A model generated the notes under the pieces. That model was not told where the DNA came from. It ran no database searches and worked only from the letters and a program-made list of their open reading frames with translations. Below, one piece after another: positions 40,504 through 49,205 of a stretch of DNA of 64,000 nucleotides. Each line of letters begins with the position of its first letter. The first letter of the stretch is position 1. Made by a program: the position numbers and the translations under genes. The DNA is from an uncultured Actinomycetes bacterium (GTDB lineage: Bacteria; Actinomycetota; Thermoleophilia; Gaiellales; Gaiellaceae): contig CAVWJN010000019.1 of assembly GCA_963755255.1 (NCBI GenBank), positions 83,728 to 147,727 of the forward strand, read 5' to 3'.

Positions 40504-41266
40504 AGCTCCCGCTCCGCGACGGTGTCGAGGCGGCCGCGCATGACGGCCAGCGAGCGGCGGAGCAGCCGGGAGACGTGCATCTGCGAGATGCCGACGCGGG
40601 CTGCGATCTCCGACTGGGTCAGACCCTCGAAGAACCGGAGCTCGACGATGGCGCGCTCTCGCTCGTCGAGCGCGGCGAGGCCCGGACTCCAGCAGCACGC
40701 CGTGCTCGACCTCCTCGTAGCCGGCCTCGGGCGCGCCGAAGAGGTCTTCGACCGTGCCCTCGTCGGAGTCACCGAGCCCGAGCGGCTGCGAGAGCGATCG
40801 CGTCGAGTACGCGTGGTACGTCTCCAGCGCCTCCACGACTTCCTCCTCCTCGAGCCCGGTCTCCACGGCTAGCTCCGCGATTGTCGGCGCGCGGCCGAGA
40901 TCGGCCGTCGCCGCCTCGATCGTGCGGGCGAGCTTCAGGCTCAGCTCCTTCATCCGGCGCGGCACGTGCAACGGCCCACGCGCGGTCGCGGAAGTGGCGC
41001 TGGATCTCTCCGACGATCGTCGGCACCGCGTACGTCGTGAACTTCACTCCCCGCTCGACGTCGAAACGCTCGATCGCGAGCACGAGCCCGATGGAGCCGA
41101 CCTGAACGAGGTCCTCCATCGGCTCGCCACGGCCCGCATAACGAGAGGCGATCTTGCGCACGAGCGGCATGAACTGCTCGACGATCTGGTCGCGCGCAGA
41201 CTCGTCGCCGGCGCGGTAGTCCTCTAGCAGCCGCAGAAATGCTGGTTCGATGGCCATCGTGGTCAT
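40500..41266 (-). CDS. Group 3 (SigB/SigF-like) RNA polymerase sigma factor (frameshifted as given at ~40965 and ~40690)
   Basis: Region 2 is in ORF 40769..41266 (LVQVGSIGLVLAIERFDVERGVKFTTYAVPTIVGEIQRHFRD). Region 3 is in ORF 40021..40971. Region 4 is in ORF 40500..40772 (LTQSEIAARVGISQMHVSRLL). Confidence 0.85.
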
Positions 41267-41644
41267 CCCGCCGAGCGGCCGGCGGAGACTCCCAGCTCAA
41301 CCCAGAACCCGTCCGGCTCGCTCTGCTCGGACACGTCGTCGACGAGCGGTGCCAGGACTCGCGCCACCGCCGGGTCGTCGACCTGCGAGCTCGCGAAGGG
41401 GCCGACTCGCGCGCGCAGGCCCTCGGGCGCCGCGGTGGCCTCCATCGTCACCGCATCCGCCGGCGAGCTCTTGGGTGATGAGGCTCTCGAGGGCAAGCAG
41501 GAGATCGTCGACGCGGTCCACCGGCAGGTCGAAGCGAGACGACAGGCCGCCGAGCACGAGCCGGCCCACGCCGCGATAGCCCGCCGTCGCCGGGAACTCG
41601 ACGAGGACGCGGTCGACCGGCTCGGCCGCTCCCGCGTCGCTCAC
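41263..41644 (-). CDS. RsbW-like protein with degenerate ATP-binding motifs (possible pseudokinase anti-sigma paralogue) (frameshifted as given)
   Basis: The GTG 41644 start overlaps the upstream STAS stop (GTGTGA), and its own stop overlaps the sigma ATG (ATGA). The N-terminal half resembles RsbW (VLVEFPATAGYRGVGRLVLGG..VDDLLLALESLIT), but I do not see the N-box Asn or the G-boxes. Confidence 0.45.
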
Positions 41645-42049
41645 ACGCTTGGCGCCCCGGGCACCTCCGCTTCGAGCGCGGTCTCTCGGCTTCGGTACAG
41701 CGTGAAGACGCGGTCGAGGAGCGTGATCTCGAAGATGCGCCGGATGTTCGCGTCGCGTGCAGACGACGCTGACGTGGCCGCCGATCGAACGGAGGCGCTT
41801 GACCGCGCCCAGGAGCACGCCGAGCGTCATCGAGTCGATGAACGTGGCCTCGCTCAGGTCCACGACGAGCGACGTCGCGCCGCCGTCGATCGCGTCGTTG
41901 ATGGCCGCCCGCAGCTCCTGCGCCGTGTGGAGGTCTGCCTCGCCCTGGACGGCGACGACAGCGGTGCCGCCGACGGCGCTCGTCACTTCCACGCCGAACG
42001 CATGCTCGTCCGAGCCAACTGGGCTGTCCCGCCCGACTTCTCCGCCCAT
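41641..42049 (-). CDS. STAS-domain anti-sigma-factor antagonist (frameshifted as given, near 41760)
   Basis: The body is in ORF 41297..42334 (VVAVQGEADLHTAQELRAAINDAIDGGATSLVVDLSEATFIDSMTLGVLLGAVKRL). The tail is in another frame (IFEITLLDRVFTLYRSRETALEA). Confidence 0.7.
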
Positions 42050-42113
42050 AGGAGACGTGTTGTACCCGTTCGCCGGGGGCGATGAAACCTCCGAGGCGCG
42101 GGACGCCGAGCCC

Positions 42114-42512
42114 TCACCCGCCCGCGTCGAAGACCGACACCTCGTCCAGCGCCGTCGCGGCAGCCTCCACGGACTCGCAAACGGGCATCGCGTCGGCGAG
42201 GCGCACGATGGCGATCGCGCGCGCGACCGGCGACGTGGACGGCACGGAGAGCGCGACCCCTCCTCCGTGCGTGGCGGCAACGCGCCCCAGGCCGAACAGC
42301 GCGTGCAGCCCGGCGCTGTCGATGAACGACACACGGTCGAGGTCGATGACGAGCTTGCCGGCGGCTGCGAGAGGATCGAGCTGGGAACGCGCCTGCTCGA
42401 CGGCGAGCTTGTCGACGCGCCCCTCCAGGTGCGCGACGGACACGCCGCGGACCTCGTCGGTCGCTGAGGTTAACTCTGATTCAAAGTTGGGCCCGGTTCC
42501 ATGCAGACTCAC
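42114..42512 (-). CDS. STAS-domain anti-sigma-factor antagonist
   Basis: Intact 132-aa ORF (VIDLDRVSFIDSAGLHALFGLGRVA..). The start overlaps the end of the upstream sensor gene. Confidence 0.8.
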   Translation of the reverse strand: MSLHGTGPNFESELTSATDEVRGVSVAHLEGRVDKLAVEQARSQLDPLAAAGKLVIDLDRVSFIDSAGLHALFGLGRVAATHGGGVALSVPSTSPVARAIAIVRLADAMPVCESVEAAATALDEVSVFDAGG

Positions 42513-45500
42513 GGCTCAGCGGACGCTCCATCACGATCCGCGTACCGGTCTCGCGGCGCTGCACGTCCACCGACGCCATCAGGCCCTCGATCAGGCGCAG
42601 GCCAAGACCGCGGTTCTCGCGCGCCTGCGGCTCCTTCCATCGCCCGTGATCCGCCACCTCCACGCGGACCCTATCGCCGGTCAGCACGGCGTCCAGCCGG
42701 AACGTGGCACCGGGCGGGGCATCCGCGTGCTCGATCGCGTTGGCGCCGGCTTCCCAGCTCGCGAGCACCACGTCGCGAGCATCGACGTCGGGCACCGCTG
42801 CATGCTCGAGCCACTGCGCGAGCTCGGTGCGGAGCTTCTGGAGCGACTCCGGCTGGGCGGGCAACGTCAGCACGAGCGGCTGTAGCGGAACTGCGTCGAG
42901 GCGGATCACGAGCAGCGCCACGTCGTCGCCTCGGGCCCGCTTGCCGAGCAGTTCCTCGACGACGGTGTTCACGAACTCGTTCGGGTCCTGCGGCGCTGCC
43001 GCAGCGGCGGCAGCGAGCAGGTCGAGGCCTTCGTCGATCGACCGGTCGGGACGCTCGACGAGGCCGTCCGTGTACAGCACGACGATCGCGCCCGGCTGGA
43101 GGGTCGTGTGCCACTCCGTGTAGGACGCCTCCGGGTCGGCGCCGAGCGGCAGACCGCCGCCGCCCTCGAGGTAGCGGATCTCGCCGTCCGGCTCCACGAC
43201 GAGCGGTGGAGGATGGCCGGCGGAGGTGACCGTGGCGTCGAGCGAACGCGGGTCGAGCGTGACGAAACCCAGCGTCGCGAACGGGACGTCCGTGTAGCTC
43301 GCAAGCAGCAGGTTGAGCTTCGTGACGGTCTCGCCGGGCGTCCGCTCGTCCAGGCAGAGCGCCCGCATCCCGTTTCGCAGCTGGGCCATGGTCGCCGCAG
43401 CCTCCACGCCCTTGCCGACGACGTCGCCGACCACGAAGCCCATCCGGCCGTCGGCCAGCGTGAGCGTGTCGAACCAGTCGCCGCCGACGTCGACCGCGGT
43501 CGAGCCGGGGAGGTAGACCGCGGCCACGCGCAGGCCCTCCATCGAGGGGAGCGTCTCGGGCAGCACGCTTCGCTGCAGCGTCTCGGCGATGTCGCGCTCG
43601 GTCTCGTAGCGGCGCGCGCGGTCGAGCGCGAGTGCCGACTGCGCCGCGACCGACTCGAGAAACGGCTGGTCGTCGCGCGCGAGCTGGTTGGGCTCACGCC
43701 AGCCCAGCACGGCAAGGCCGATCGCGGAACCGGCTGCCCACAGCGGCAGATAGGCGAACGTCTGCATGCCGCTCGCCTCCGCGCGGTCGTGGGAGCCGGG
43801 GAAGTCGGCGGCCAGCTGGTCGAGGTCCTGGTAGTACGCCGGCTGCCTCCGGCGGAGCGCCTTCGCACCCGGCCGGTCGGCGCTCAGCGGTACGCCGCGC
43901 TCCTCGATCAGCTCGTCCGGGACCCCGCGCCAGGCGACCGGGGTCATCTGTCCCGTTTCACGGTCGACGACGCTCAGCGCGGCGGCGTCGGCCCCGACGG
44001 AAGTCAGCGCCGCGTCGATGAACGCCTCGGCGACATCACCCGGCGTCAACGCGCCGGAGAGGCGGGCCGTGAGGGCGAGCAGGCGCTCGGAGCGCCGGCG
44101 GATCGCGAGCTCTTCCTCGAAGCGCAGGCTGCGGTCGAGCGCAACGGCGCCCTGCTGGAAGATCGTGCCGGCGATGGCCACGGTGCCGGAGTCGAGAGCG
44201 GTCGCGGCCCTGTAGACGAACTGGACGGCACCGAGCTTGCGCGAGTCCGGCCGTGAGCGGGAAGCAGTAGACGGACTCTTCGTCTGGGTCGAACAGGCCG
44301 CGCTCGGAAGGGCCGTAGCGCTCGACGAACTGCGCTCGTGTCTTCAGCGTCACCGGCTCGCCCGAGTCGAGCGCGTCGGCGACGCACCCGGGAGTCCCGG
44401 TCGACACGAAGCGCCTCGCATTCGACGACCTGTTCCGGAACCCGCCGCGTGGGCAAGCAAGCGCAGCTGGTCGCGCTCGCTGTCGAGCTCGTACACGAGC
44501 ACGCCATCCGCCGCGAGCGCTCCCGTCGCCTGCTGGGCAATGACCTCCGCCACCTCGGCGGCCGTCGCCGCCGCGCTCATGCGCTCGGCCACCTCCTGCA
44601 GCAGCCGCGTGCGGTCGGCGGCGAGCTCCGCGTAGACGCGCGCGGACTGCTCGAGCTCGTGCAGCTGGGCTCGCTCGAGCGCCTGGCCACCTGCTCCCGG
44701 CGGCGACGTTGGCCACTCCGATCATGTCGTCGTCGATGACGTGTGGCTGCGCGAACGGGAAGCCCATGGCTCCCACGACGCGACCGGAGGCGCGAATCGG
44801 CACGGCCAGCGACGCGGCGGCATGCGGGACGAGCTTCGCTCCTTCGGGGAACACTCGCCGGAGCTCGCGAGGAGTGTTGGCGTACGCCGGCTTGCCCGTA
44901 CGGGCGGCTGTGGCAATCGGCGAGCGCGTGGTGAGCGGTAGGCGTAGACCAGGTCGCAACGCAGCGCGTGCTGCGGCGCCCGGGTCCACGATCACGATCT
45001 CGTCGCCCTCGATCAGCCCGAGGGAGCCTCCCGATCGCACCGAGCAGGTCCGGCATGAGCGTGACGAGCGAGCGCGCGACCTCGGACGGAGTCGTAGCGG
45101 CCGACAACGATGTCGCCAGCTCCTGGAGGTCCTTGGCTGTCGCGGACTCGCGCTCCGCCTCGATCGCCCGCTCCGCTTCCTTGCGGCGCAGGCGCTGAAG
45201 GCTCCAGCCGATCCAGACGAGGCCGAGCGCCACGACGAGGCTGATGGCCCACCGCCGGGCGACCGCGTTGTCGTCGATCGCGAACTACCAACGCGGCTCT
45301 TCGTAGAGCAGAAGGGCAATCCAGGCGGCCGCGATCGCAGCGTGCGCCGGGCCGATGCCCAGGAAGACGGAGACGAGCACGACCATGCCCACGAGCGGGC
45401 GTCGTGAACATCTCGCCCGCGAAGAGCTGCGTGACGAAGACGCCGATGGCGGCGACGGCGAGCGCCAGCGCGTAGCGGCGCCAGCCGCGAACCGAGGCCC

Positions 45501-45540
45501 GCCGGGGGTCGGGTGCTCGTTCGTCAACGCGAGCACATGT
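42481..45540 (-). CDS. Membrane-anchored multi-GAF / PP2C (SpoIIE-type) phosphatase / C-terminal HATPase-like domain sensor (5' third multiply frameshifted as given; start approximate)
   Basis: The intact ORF 42481..44181 has GAF, PP2C (DVGGDWFD.., GDVVGKGVEAAATMAQLR, YTDGLVE) and an RsbW-like C-terminus (EAGANAIEHA..NRGLGLRLI). Upstream frames 44036..45319, 44350..44592, 44577..45233 and 45285..45581 add two TM segments and more GAF-like segments without a credible stop. Confidence 0.7.
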
Positions 45541-45619
45541 GGTACCCGAGCCAGAGGCCGGTGAGACCACAGATCGAGCATCCGTGGGCGAGAGGTTAGC
45601 CGCAGATCGGCTCAGGTCC

Positions 45620-45645
45620 GGTTTCGAGACTGCCCGCGCGGGAAT
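45620..45645 (+). promoter_or_regulatory. SigB/F-like promoter candidate GGTTTCG-N13-GGGAAT upstream of the STAS gene at 45660
   Basis: GTTTCG (45621-45626), a 13-nt spacer, then GGGAAT (45640-45645). The ATG is 14 nt downstream. Confidence 0.4.
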
Positions 45646-45659
45646 CCGTTCACTGTCAC

Positions 45660-46019
45660 ATGGAACGCTCGGCCTCCATCGTCGCCGTGACCGGCGAGCT
45701 CGACCTCTCCACTGCCGCGCGGTGGGACGAGGACGTCCAGGCTGCGACCCGACACTCGCCGGCAGTCGTTCTCGACCTCTCTCAGGTGCGCTTCGTCGAC
45801 AGCGCCGGCGTGAGAGCGCTCTTCCGCTGGGTGCAGAGAGCGGAGCGGCGCGGCGTCCTGATGGTCGTCGTCGCGCCGCACGACGGGCCTCTGTGGCGGC
45901 TGCTCGACATCCTCGACCTCGAGTCTGTCGCGCCCATCTGCGACAGCCGCGAAGACGCACTCGAAGCATGCAAAGGGCCGCGCAAGCCAGGCCCGTTGAC
46001 GTCAGTTCGAGCCGCCTAA
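45660..46019 (+). CDS. STAS-domain anti-sigma-factor antagonist
   Basis: Intact 119-aa ORF (IVAVTGELDLSTAARWDEDV..VVLDLSQVRFVDSAGVRALF). Confidence 0.8.
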   Translation: MERSASIVAVTGELDLSTAARWDEDVQAATRHSPAVVLDLSQVRFVDSAGVRALFRWVQRAERRGVLMVVVAPHDGPLWRLLDILDLESVAPICDSREDALEACKGPRKPGPLTSVRAA

Positions 46020-46044
46020 CGAGGCGTCGGGTGTCGCCGCGTGA

Positions 46045-46069
46045 GTTTGTTGCGGCAGCAGCGGGGTAT
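46045..46069 (+). promoter_or_regulatory. SigB/F-like promoter candidate GTTTGT-N13-GGGTAT upstream of the 46141 gene
   Basis: GTTTGT (46045-46050), a 13-nt spacer, then GGGTAT (46064-46069). A 71-nt leader follows, containing the hairpin CCCGCCCG-N18-CGGGCGGG (46086-46119) and an ACGGAGG SD. Confidence 0.45.
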
Positions 46070-46140
46070 GAAGCGGTATCCCCGACCCGCCCGAGGGCTC
46101 AACACACTTGACGGGCGGGCAAGCATATACGGAGGCACTT

Positions 46141-46545
46141 ATGCGAAACGTGCTCGTCGTCAGCTCAGTTCCCGATGTGCCTAGCGAGCTCCGCGCAGCA
46201 CTCGGCGGTGACGTCGGCGAGGTCAAGGTCGTCGCCCCCGCCGTGAAGCAGTCGCGGCTCCAGTGGCTGACGAACGCCGAGGACGACGCTCGCGCCGAAG
46301 CCGAGCGCACCGCCGAGAAGGTGGCTCAAGCGACGGCGGAAGAAGCGGAGCACGTCGAGGCAGAGGCCGGCGACTCCGACCCGTTGCTCGCCGTCGAGGA
46401 CGCGCTGCGGACGTTCCCGGCGGACGAGATCGTCGTCGTCTTGCGTGCCGGCGAGGACGCCTCGTGGCTCGAGGAAGGCGCGGCGGACACGATCGCCGAG
46501 CGCTTTCCGGAGCTGCCCGTGAAGACCATCGAAGTCCCGGCCTGA
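46141..46545 (+). CDS. Hypothetical acidic protein (Rossmann-like N-terminus, USP-like guess)
   Basis: ATG 46141 (MRNVLVVSSVPD..) within ORF 46108..46545, with a good SD. The frame is intact. I recognise no catalytic motif. Confidence 0.55.
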   Translation: MRNVLVVSSVPDVPSELRAALGGDVGEVKVVAPAVKQSRLQWLTNAEDDARAEAERTAEKVAQATAEEAEHVEAEAGDSDPLLAVEDALRTFPADEIVVVLRAGEDASWLEEGAADTIAERFPELPVKTIEVPA

Positions 46546-47325
46546 CTACATGCCCATGGAGTGGTAGCCGGCGTCGACGTAGAGCGTCGTCGCCGTCACG
46601 CCGCCCGACTCCTCGGACAGGAGGTACGCGGCGGCACCGGCGACGTCGTCCGCGTCGATGTTGCGCCGGAGCGGCGACCGCTCCTCGACGATCGACTCCA
46701 TCGTGGGAAAGCCGGCGATCGACCGGGCGGCGAGGGTGCGCACGGGGCCGGCGGAGATCGCGTTGACCCGGATCGACTTGGGCCCGAGGTCCCACGCGAG
46801 GTAGCGAACCGACGCGTCGAGCGTCGCCTTCGCCACGCCCATGACGTTGTAGTGCGGGACCGCCCGCTCTCCACCGAGGTAGGTCATCGTGACGATCGAG
46901 CCGCCGCCGCGCGCTTCCATCAGCGGCTCCGCCGCGCGGGCGCAGGCGACGAGCGAGTACGCGCTGACGTCGACCGCCATCCAGAAGCGGTCTCGAGGCG
47001 TATCCGTGAACCTGCCTTCGAGATCCTCTGCGGCCGCAAAGGCCACCGAGTGGACGAGCAGGTCGAGGCCGCCGCCGAACGTCTCCCCCACCTCGGCGAA
47101 GACCCGCGCCACGTCGTCGTCCGAGCGGACGTCGCACGCCGTGACGAGCGGGCTGGAGACGCTCTCCGCCAGCTCCCGCACCGAGCTCTCGATGCGCTCG
47201 CCCTGGAACGTGAAGGCGAGCTCCGCACCCTCGTCGGCCAACCGGCGCGCGATCGCCCACGCGATCGACCGCTTGTTGGCTACCCCGAGCATGAGTCCCT
47301 GCTTACCTGCAAAAGCCTGAGCCAT
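46546..47325 (-). CDS. fabI: Enoyl-[acyl-carrier-protein] reductase (NADH) FabI
   Basis: ATG 47325 (MAQAFAGKQGLMLGVANKRSIAWAIA). The Y-x6-K catalytic pair is in HYNVMGVAKA. It has full-length FabI character and the frame is intact. Confidence 0.92.
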   Translation of the reverse strand: MAQAFAGKQGLMLGVANKRSIAWAIARRLADEGAELAFTFQGERIESSVRELAESVSSPLVTACDVRSDDDVARVFAEVGETFGGGLDLLVHSVAFAAAEDLEGRFTDTPRDRFWMAVDVSAYSLVACARAAEPLMEARGGGSIVTMTYLGGERAVPHYNVMGVAKATLDASVRYLAWDLGPKSIRVNAISAGPVRTLAARSIAGFPTMESIVEERSPLRRNIDADDVAGAAAYLLSEESGGVTATTLYVDAGYHSMGM

Positions 47326-47347
47326 GGGGATGCGAGTGTAATGCCGC

Positions 47348-47376
47348 TTGACGTGGCACGCGCGCATCCCTAGCCT
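47348..47376 (+). promoter_or_regulatory. Housekeeping-type promoter candidate TTGACG-N17-TAGCCT giving a leaderless mRNA for the 47385 gene
   Basis: The -10 ends 8 nt before ATG 47385. It is embedded in an 8-bp inverted repeat, GGGATGCG (47327-47334) and CGCATCCC (47363-47370). Confidence 0.4.
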
Positions 47377-47384
47377 GACGGCCG

Positions 47385-48275
47385 ATGCGGTCGCTTCGCC
47401 CAGTTCTCGGCCTGGCAGTTCTGGCTGCCGCGATCGCCGTTGCACCTGCGGGCGCCGCCAACACCGTTACCTACCAGGACTCGACGGGCGAAAACCCGGC
47501 GGCCCCCGACATCACCACCATCGTCGTCTCTAACAACGACGCGGGGATGATCTCTTTCAAGATCAACATCCCAAACCGGGCACAACTCACGCGGGACATA
47601 CTCGTCGACATCCTTCTCGACACGGACGCCAAACCGGCAACTGGTGACCCCGACCTTCTCGGAGCCGACTACGCAATTGAGCTGTTCCAAGGCGAAGTCG
47701 TGCTCTTCAAATGGGACGGCACTGGCCTCACCCGACGCGCCGGCGACCCGCCGTCGACCTCGCTCATCTACTCCTGGGCGGGGGGTGTCACGTTCAACAT
47801 CTCGGCGGCCGAGCTCGGCAACACCAAGAAATTCGGCTTCGCAGTCGTCGCGCTGTCCGGAATCGTCTTCAACGAGACGACCGGCGAGCCTGACTTCACG
47901 AATGCCGTCTCCGACGCCGCCCCCGCAGGCAGCGCAGGCTTTTATTCGTACGACGTGAAAGTCGCGCCCGCGCGCGTCGTGTTCAAGTCGCTGAAGACGG
48001 CCCCCGCGTCGCCGAAGGCAGGCAAGACGTTCACCGTCCGGATGGCCGCGACCAGGAGTGACACGGGCGCGGCGATCGTCAACGGGCGTGTCGACTGCGT
48101 CGCCAGGGCAGGCGCAAGGAGCGTGCAGCCGAAGTCGGAGAGGTTCGTGGGCGGCCAGGCGGTGTGCGTCTTTACGGTTCCGGCAAACGCGGCCGGCAAG
48201 ACGCTGCGCGGGACGATCAAGATCGTCTTCGAGGGCAAGACGCTCGCCCGGCCGTTCAGCGCCAAGATCCGCTAG
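47385..48275 (+). CDS. Secreted protein of unknown function, paralogue A
   Basis: Intact 296-aa ORF with a signal peptide (..AVAPAGAAN). Blocks shared with paralogue B: GE(N/D)PAAPDI..VSNND.G...F.I..PNR; ELGNT..F; P..P.AGK.F; GK.LRG.I.V...GKT....F..KI. Confidence 0.7.
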   Translation: MRSLRPVLGLAVLAAAIAVAPAGAANTVTYQDSTGENPAAPDITTIVVSNNDAGMISFKINIPNRAQLTRDILVDILLDTDAKPATGDPDLLGADYAIELFQGEVVLFKWDGTGLTRRAGDPPSTSLIYSWAGGVTFNISAAELGNTKKFGFAVVALSGIVFNETTGEPDFTNAVSDAAPAGSAGFYSYDVKVAPARVVFKSLKTAPASPKAGKTFTVRMAATRSDTGAAIVNGRVDCVARAGARSVQPKSERFVGGQAVCVFTVPANAAGKTLRGTIKIVFEGKTLARPFSAKIR

Positions 48276-48281
48276 GGCACC

Positions 48282-49175
48282 GTGCGCCTCCTGGCGCTGA
48301 CATTCCTCGCAGCACTCGTACTGGTAGCCACAGCCGCCGGCTCGGTGAACGGCAGCGCGCTCAACCGCACGACGTTCGACGACGCGCTCGGCGAGGATCC
48401 TGCGGCGCCCGACATCGCGACCGTGCGCGTCTCGAACAACGACGAAGGCACGCTCACGTTCCGTATCGCATTGCCGAACAGGCCGACTCTCGGCAACGAC
48501 ATGCGCTTCTCGCTGTCGATCGATGCCGACTCGAACGCTGAGACGGGGCTCACGGGCAGCGGGATTGACTACCGCCTGCTGTACGACTTCTACCTCCACG
48601 GCGACCGGCTGCTCTGGCTGCTGACCTGCGGGCCTTCCGTGTGCACCTCCGGTGTGAAGCTGCCGTTCTCGTACGAGTCGGGACCCGTGGTCACGATCGA
48701 CCGGTCGGAGCTGGGTAACACACGCCGCTTCCACCTCTTCCTCAACACGATGGACGGCATCGTCTTCGACCCGGTGGCGAAGACGTTCGACCTCTCGAAC
48801 GCGCACGGCGACGCGGCGCCCGACGCTTCCGCGCCTTCGCCGTGGACGTACGAGGTGAAGCTGGGGCCGAGCAGGCTGCTCGTCCAGCGCTTCTCGACGA
48901 CACCGGCGATGCCGGTGGCCGGAAAGACGTTCGTCGCGAAGCTGAAGGTGACGCGCGACGACAGCGGGGCGTTCGTCACGACGGGCAACGTGGCCTGCAA
49001 GGGGACCGTCGGCGGCACTCCTGCCCAGCTGCAAAGCCGTGGGTTCAGGCAGGGCTCGGCCTTCTGCGCGTGGCGTGTGCCGGAGGGCTCGTCCGGCAAG
49101 AGCCTTCGCGGATCGATCGGCGTCACGTTGAGCGGCAAGACCGCGAAGAAGGCGTTCGCGTTGAAGATCTCGTAA
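48282..49175 (+). CDS. Secreted protein of unknown function, paralogue B
   Basis: Intact 297-aa ORF starting 6 nt after paralogue A. It has the same two-part architecture and the same conserved blocks. Confidence 0.7.
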   Translation: MRLLALTFLAALVLVATAAGSVNGSALNRTTFDDALGEDPAAPDIATVRVSNNDEGTLTFRIALPNRPTLGNDMRFSLSIDADSNAETGLTGSGIDYRLLYDFYLHGDRLLWLLTCGPSVCTSGVKLPFSYESGPVVTIDRSELGNTRRFHLFLNTMDGIVFDPVAKTFDLSNAHGDAAPDASAPSPWTYEVKLGPSRLLVQRFSTTPAMPVAGKTFVAKLKVTRDDSGAFVTTGNVACKGTVGGTPAQLQSRGFRQGSAFCAWRVPEGSSGKSLRGSIGVTLSGKTAKKAFALKIS

Positions 49176-49205
49176 GCCCCGGGCTTCCGCTACCGTGCCC
49201 ATCTC

